Positions 58,914-64,000 of a stretch of 64,000 bases of DNA are shown piece after piece. The position numbers and the translations under genes are program-made. The first letter of the stretch is position 1. The number at the start of each line of letters is the position of its first letter. This DNA comes from Mustelus asterias. Its lineage: Eukaryota. The notes under the pieces were generated by a model. That model searched no databases. It was given only the letters and a program-made list of their open reading frames with translations, and was not told the origin of the DNA. The stretch lies in contig NW_027590142.1 in the NCBI RefSeq assembly GCF_964213995.1, positions 682,001-746,000 on the forward strand, given 5' to 3'.

Positions 58914-59417
58914 GTGAATATTAGATACAGCAGAGTGAGAATGGAGGGAGAGTGAGATTCACAGGTTTTGGGGAATGAGAGAGGAAAGAATGTTCCCTAG
59001 AAACTAGAATTGTCTGTTCTGAATTTCTAATCTGCACTGATAGTGATGACTTTTGTAAATTCATTTTACAGGATGTCAAAGTGAGGATTTACAGACGGAA
59101 GTCAAGTCAAAGATCAGGCAGAGCCAACAATTCATTGGGACCCGAATATCATTGGCCTTTGAATCGAGAAGGAGAAATCTTTCTCTGTTCTGTTTGTTTC
59201 AGAAGTTTTTCTTTAACATAAATGTGACTGGAAAAGGACCAAGACACAGAGACACCCGAGTGAGAGTGTTCCAGTGCACTGAGTGTGGAAAGAGCTTCAA
59301 CCAGTCACACAGCTTGAAAATACATCGCAGCATTCACAGCGGGGAGAGACTGTACCCGTGTTCTGTGTGAAATTTAACTGATTGTTTAACCTGGAGATTC
59401 ACAAGGACACTCGAACC

Positions 59418-60479
59418 ATGGAGAAACCGTGGAAATGTGGGGACTGTGGGAAAGGATTTATATCTCCATCTCAGCTGGAAATACACTGGCGCAGTCATAC
59501 TGGGGAGAGACCATTCACCTGCTCTGTTTGTGGAAAGGGATTTGCTCAGTTAATTGTTCTGCAGAGACACCAGCGAGTGCACACTGGGGAGAGGCCGTTC
59601 ACATGCTCTGCGTGTGGTAAGGGATTCACTCAGTTATCCAATCTGTGGAGACACCAGCAATTTCACACTGGGGAGAGACCTTTCACCTGCTCTGTGTGTG
59701 GGAAGGGATTCACTCAGTTAATTGATTTGCAGAGCCACCAGCGAGTTCACACTGGGGAGAGGCCATTCACTTGCTGTGTGTGTGGGAAAGGATTCAGTGC
59801 GTCATCAAGCCTGCGGAGACACCAGCGTGTTCACAGTGCGGGAAGGCCATTCACCTGTGCTCAGTGTGGGAAGGGATTCACTCAGTTAATTGATCTGCAG
59901 AGCCATCAGCGAGTTCACACTGGGGAGAGGACATTCACCTGCTCTCAGTGTGGGAAGGGATTCATTCAGTTGCCCTGCCTGTTGAAACACAATGTCACTC
60001 ACACCCAGGAGAGACCCTTTAAATGCTCTGACTGTGGGAGGGATTTCAAAAGCTCTCGGGAACTGTTGGTGCACCAGCGAATTCACACTGAGGAGAGACC
60101 ATTCAGCTGCTATCACTGCACAAAGACATTTAAAAGGTCATCCCACTTGCTGGAACACCAGCGGACTCACACTGGGGAGAAACCATTCAGTTGCTCTCAG
60201 TGTGGGAAGGGATTTAGTTCATCATCCAACCTGCAGAAACACCAGCGAGTTCACACAGGGGAGAGACCATTCACCTGCACTGTGTGTGGGAAGGGATTCA
60301 CTCAGTCATCCCAACTGCAGACACACCAGCGAGTTCACACGGGGGAGAGACCATTCACCTGCGCTGTGTGTGGGAAGGGATTCACTCAGTCATCCCATCT
60401 GCAGACACACCAACAAGTTCATCAGTCTTGCAGTCATGCAGAACAGAAGAGGACCTTCGTCCCATTGAATCTGCACTGA
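59418..60479 (+). CDS. C2H2 zinc-finger protein ZNF-I, 12 fingers, C-terminal tail from antisense CR1
   Basis: ATG at 59418; in-frame TGA at 59379-59381; terminal exon starts at 59072. Confidence 0.86.
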   Translation: MEKPWKCGDCGKGFISPSQLEIHWRSHTGERPFTCSVCGKGFAQLIVLQRHQRVHTGERPFTCSACGKGFTQLSNLWRHQQFHTGERPFTCSVCGKGFTQLIDLQSHQRVHTGERPFTCCVCGKGFSASSSLRRHQRVHSAGRPFTCAQCGKGFTQLIDLQSHQRVHTGERTFTCSQCGKGFIQLPCLLKHNVTHTQERPFKCSDCGRDFKSSRELLVHQRIHTEERPFSCYHCTKTFKRSSHLLEHQRTHTGEKPFSCSQCGKGFSSSSNLQKHQRVHTGERPFTCTVCGKGFTQSSQLQTHQRVHTGERPFTCAVCGKGFTQSSHLQTHQQVHQSCSHAEQKRTFVPLNLH

Positions 60480-60950
60480 CAAAACTGTACTAAATTGACA
60501 CTAATCCCACTTTCCAGCACTTGGGCCATATATTTTGACATTTCAAGTGCTCATCCATGTGCTTTTAAAAAGCTGTGGAGTTTCCTGCTAGGAAACTCCC
60601 AGACAGTGTATTCCAGACTCCCACCATCTTCGGAGTGAAAACATTTTTCCTCAAATCCCCTCTAAACCTCCTGCCCCTCACCTTAAAATGATGCCCCCAT
60701 GTTACTGACCCTTCAACAAAGGAGAACAGGTGCTTCCTATCCACCCTGTCCATACCTCTCATAATCTTATACATTTCAATCAGGTCCCCCCCTCAGTCTC
60801 CTCTGCTCTAAAGAAAACAATCTGAGCCTATCGAGACTCTCCTTATAACTCAACTGCTCCATCCCAGGCAACATCCTGGTGAATCTCCTCTCCACCCCCT
60901 CGAGAGCAATCACATCCTTCCTGTAGTGAGGTGACCGGAACTGCACACAA
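60430..60950 (-). mobile_element. CR1 3' fragment overlapping the ZNF-I stop
   Basis: YCVQFRSPHYRKDVIALEGVERRFTRMLPG; YKIMRGMDRVDRKHLF. Confidence 0.85.
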
Positions 60951-61083
60951 TATGAGTGAAAACTGGTCAAGCAGGGCTGTGTCATCACACCAACGCAATA
61001 AATGCTGGCAATACCCATAAAAAAATAAGTACTAAGTCTTAATTGAGTTGCAATTAATGAATCAATAATGAATCAGTAGTTAT

Positions 61084-61714
61084 TGTAAAAGATTGAGTTT
61101 TATTTGCTGTAAGAGTTTAATTGCTGTGTATGTAAAGTTTTGCAATGAAGATAAACGTACTGACGAGAGAGACCTTCAAGATCAGATTAGCCTCAACATT
61201 TGAAACTGTGTGAATAAGGGGATTGTATAGAATCAGATAAAGGGACAGTATGAACCAGTTCTACTGTATTCCTGTCTAAGATACTGAGAGAAAGTGGTGT
61301 CAGTAATTGAGGATCCAATTCAATTAATCTGGTGGCCAAATTGGCCAATTGTCATGTTACAACAGGCCCAACCCTGACGTGAGGTAATTGTCACCTTGTG
61401 GATAAAAGTAGAGGTTCCGAAGGTCTTCCTTGCGAGCCAAATACTGAAAACTCCCGAGGCTGAGTTCCAAGGAAATTACTGTCAAAGAAGGAGCCAGAGA
61501 GGGTTACGCTTCTACGGACTGATCACCCACATGAAGCTGTAAAAGTCAATGTTTTAAAGTTGTTCAATGAACCTTTTTCATTGAATAAACTTTTTAAATT
61601 TACTATCCAGAGAATTCTGCCTTTGCCTTATTAGGTTAAAGTCTTGTCTGAACCAAAGTGAATTTATTCAGTGGTAAGTTGGGAGTGGCTGAAATCAACT
61701 CAGTTCCAGATAAC
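61084..61714 (+). mobile_element. Possible LTR-like segment
   Basis: TGTAA...TAACA ends and AATAAA near 61585; no TSD seen. Confidence 0.3.
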
Positions 61715-61742
61715 AAGATCAGAGAACAGAAATCTTCAATTT

Positions 61743-62466
61743 CAACACTTGCATTTCTATAGCGCCTTTCACAACCACAGGATGTCCCAAAATGCTTTCC
61801 AGCCAATGAAATACTTTTAAAGTGTAATCCCTGTTGTAATGTAGGAAATGCCGCAGCCAATTTACACACAGCAAGATCCCACAAACAGCAATGTGATAAT
61901 GAGCAGATGATGTGATGTTGATTGAGGGATAAATATTGACCGGGACACCGGGGATAATTCCCCTGCTCTTCTTCCAAATAGTGGCTGTGGGATCTTTTAC
62001 ATCCACCTGAGGGGCTGACAGGGCCTCAGTTTAACATCTTATTTGAAAGAAGGCTGTTCTGACAGTGTAGCACTCCCTCAGTGCAGCGCTCCCTCAGTGC
62101 AGTACTCCCTCAGTGCAGTGCTCCCACAGTGCGGCGCTCCCTCAGTGCGGCGCTCCCTCTGTGCGGCGCTCCCTCTGTGCGGCGCTCCCTCTGTGCGGCG
62201 CTCCCTCTGTGCGGCGCTCCCTCTGTGCGGCGCCCCCTCAGTGCGGCGCCCCCTCAGTGCGGCGCTCCCTCAGTGCGGCGCTCCCTCAGTGAGGCGCCCC
62301 CTCAGTGTGGCGCTCCCTCAGTGCGGCGCCCCTTCAGTGCCGCGCTCCCTCAGTCCTGGATGAGGAATGTTGGATTTGATTTTTGCCTCAGGTCCCTGGA
62401 CTGGGATTTGAACCTAGAACCTTCTGACTCAGAGGTGAGAATGGTACCCACTGAACCACGGCTGAC
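61743..62466 (-). mobile_element. DeuSINE (SacSINE1-like) with internal tandem expansion
   Basis: Minus-strand tRNA-like head GTCAGCCGTGGTTCAGTGGG...GGTTCAAATCC; Deu-domain-like GGGATCTTTTACATCCACCTGAG and CACAGCAAGATCCCACAAACAGCAATG. Confidence 0.75.
62064..62354. repeat. 16-bp CpG-rich minisatellite (GTGCGGCGCTCCCTCW), ~18 copies
   Basis: Units at 62161, 62177, 62193, 62209 and flanking; derived from the SINE motif AGTGCAGCACTCCCTC. Confidence 0.93.
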
Positions 62467-63227
62467 ATTATAGACAACACGAAGTTAGAAAGGGAAAGTT
62501 ACCCTTTAAAAACCCCCAGCCTTTGCCTCCAGTGTCTAAATCTAATAATAACAACTTCAGTATAAATAACATGGATTTGATGACAAATGTTGAAGTGTTG
62601 GTTTAGAGCCACAAGTTTCAACTTCCCATTTGAGCCTCGGGCACCATTCTGTCTCCCGACTTCTCGTGTCAATGACAGCCAGGCGGTGGAGCTAAGGGCT
62701 GAATTTAGCTGAGAATGACAGGGCCTGTGCCCCATTTGAGAAACTGCCATGAGCATCGCACCAATACAGAGTCAGGAAGGGGCTGGAGGACTGACTGGGC
62801 CTCCAACCAATTGTTATATCAGTCACTCAGAGCTAAAGAGAAACCTGTCTCTTTAAATACACATACAGGGAAGAGGCTGCAATGAAATCTGTCCCTTTTA
62901 ACCTGCACAAAAGCAGGAGTCTGAGATTGACAGGAGTCCATTCAGCCCATCATACCCATGCTATCTCTTTGAAAGGACTGATTCATCCAACTGCTCTGTT
63001 CTTTCCCCACAGCCCTGCAAATTCTTCCCTTTCAAGTCTTTACCCTTTGGAAAGATTCTATTGAATCTGCTTTCAGGCAGATCAGAACAACTCGCTGTGT
63101 CAAAAAATAAAATAAAATCTCATCTCCCCCTCTGGCTCCTTTGCCAACTACCTTAGAGGGACTCACTTTCTGTTAAAGAGCCTGCCAACCCCTCTCACCC
63201 ACTTTCCCTAAAGTGCATCAATCTCAT

Positions 63228-64000
63228 TTGACAAAGGCATTTGACAAAGTCCCACATGGCAGGTTGGTTAAGAAGGTTAAGGTTCATGGGATACAAGGAG
63301 AACTGGCTTGGCCATAGGAGACAGAGGGTAGTGGTCGAAGGGTCTTTTTCCGGCTGGAGGTCTGTGACCAGTGGTGTTCCGCAGGGCTCTGTACTGGGAC
63401 CTCTGCTATTTGTGATATATGTAAATGATTTGGAAGAAGGTGTAACTGGTGTAATCAGCAAGTTTGCAGATGACACGAAGATGGCTGGACTTGCGGATAG
63501 CGAAGAGCATTGTCGGGCAATACAGCAGGATATAAATAGGCTGGAAAATTGGGCGGAGAGGTGGCAGATGGAGTTTAATCCGGATAAATGCGAAGTGATG
63601 CATTTTGGAAGAAATAATGTAGGGAGGAGTTATACAATAAATGGCAGAGTCATCAGGAGTATAGAAACACAGAGGGACCTAGGTGTGCAAGTCCACAAAT
63701 CCTTGAAGGTGGCAACACAGGTGGAGAAGGTGGTGAAGAAGGCATATGGTATGCTTGCCTTTATAGGACGGGGTATAGAGTATAAAAGCTGGAGTCTGAT
63801 GATGCAGCTGTATAGAACGCTGGTTAGGCCACATTTGGAGTACTGCGTCCAGTTCTGGTCGCCGCACTACCAGAAGGACGTGGAGGCGTTAGAGAGAGTG
63901 CAGAGAAGGTTTACCAGGATGTTGCCTGGTATGGAGGGTCTTAGCTATGAGGAGAGACGGAGAATGAGGGGAGATCTAATAGAGGTATACAAGATTATGA
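63228..64000 (+). mobile_element. 5'-truncated CR1 LINE running off the window
   Basis: [29 protein letters not shown] and RPHLEYCVQFWSP motifs. Confidence 0.9.

Noticed and set aside
60950-61000. RTE-type RT fragment (VKQGCVITPT)
   Set aside because: About 40 nt of similarity is too short to call.

Overview
Eukaryotic DNA, almost certainly from an elasmobranch (shark or ray), judged by abundant HE1-type V-SINEs, CR1/HER1-type LINEs, a SacSINE1-like DeuSINE and Penelope-like elements. The window is a cluster of tandem C2H2 zinc-finger (ZNF) genes: eight apparently intact arrays (5-13 finger units), one LINE-truncated copy with a mutated splice acceptor, and two relics. I see no KRAB, SCAN or BTB domain. 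The genes share one plan: CpG-rich NRF1/CCAAT promoter, short leader exon(s), then a terminal exon whose first ~330-365 nt hold decayed fingers, closed by a positionally conserved in-frame stop 39 nt before a strong-Kozak ATG that arose from a TGEKP linker (MEKPWKC). The cluster is a mosaic of inverted segmental duplications. Notable items: an uninterrupted 710-codon CR1 RT frame whose ATG comes from a host CRE/TEAD promoter repeat; sister ZNFs with identical end fingers but different internal fingers; minimal hammerhead-ribozyme motifs in Penelope termini; a U2 snRNA-like 21-mer inside a TSD-bounded Penelope insertion; a 2-kb variable poly-C minisatellite. All family names come from recalled consensus sequences, not database searches, and gene structures are predictions.
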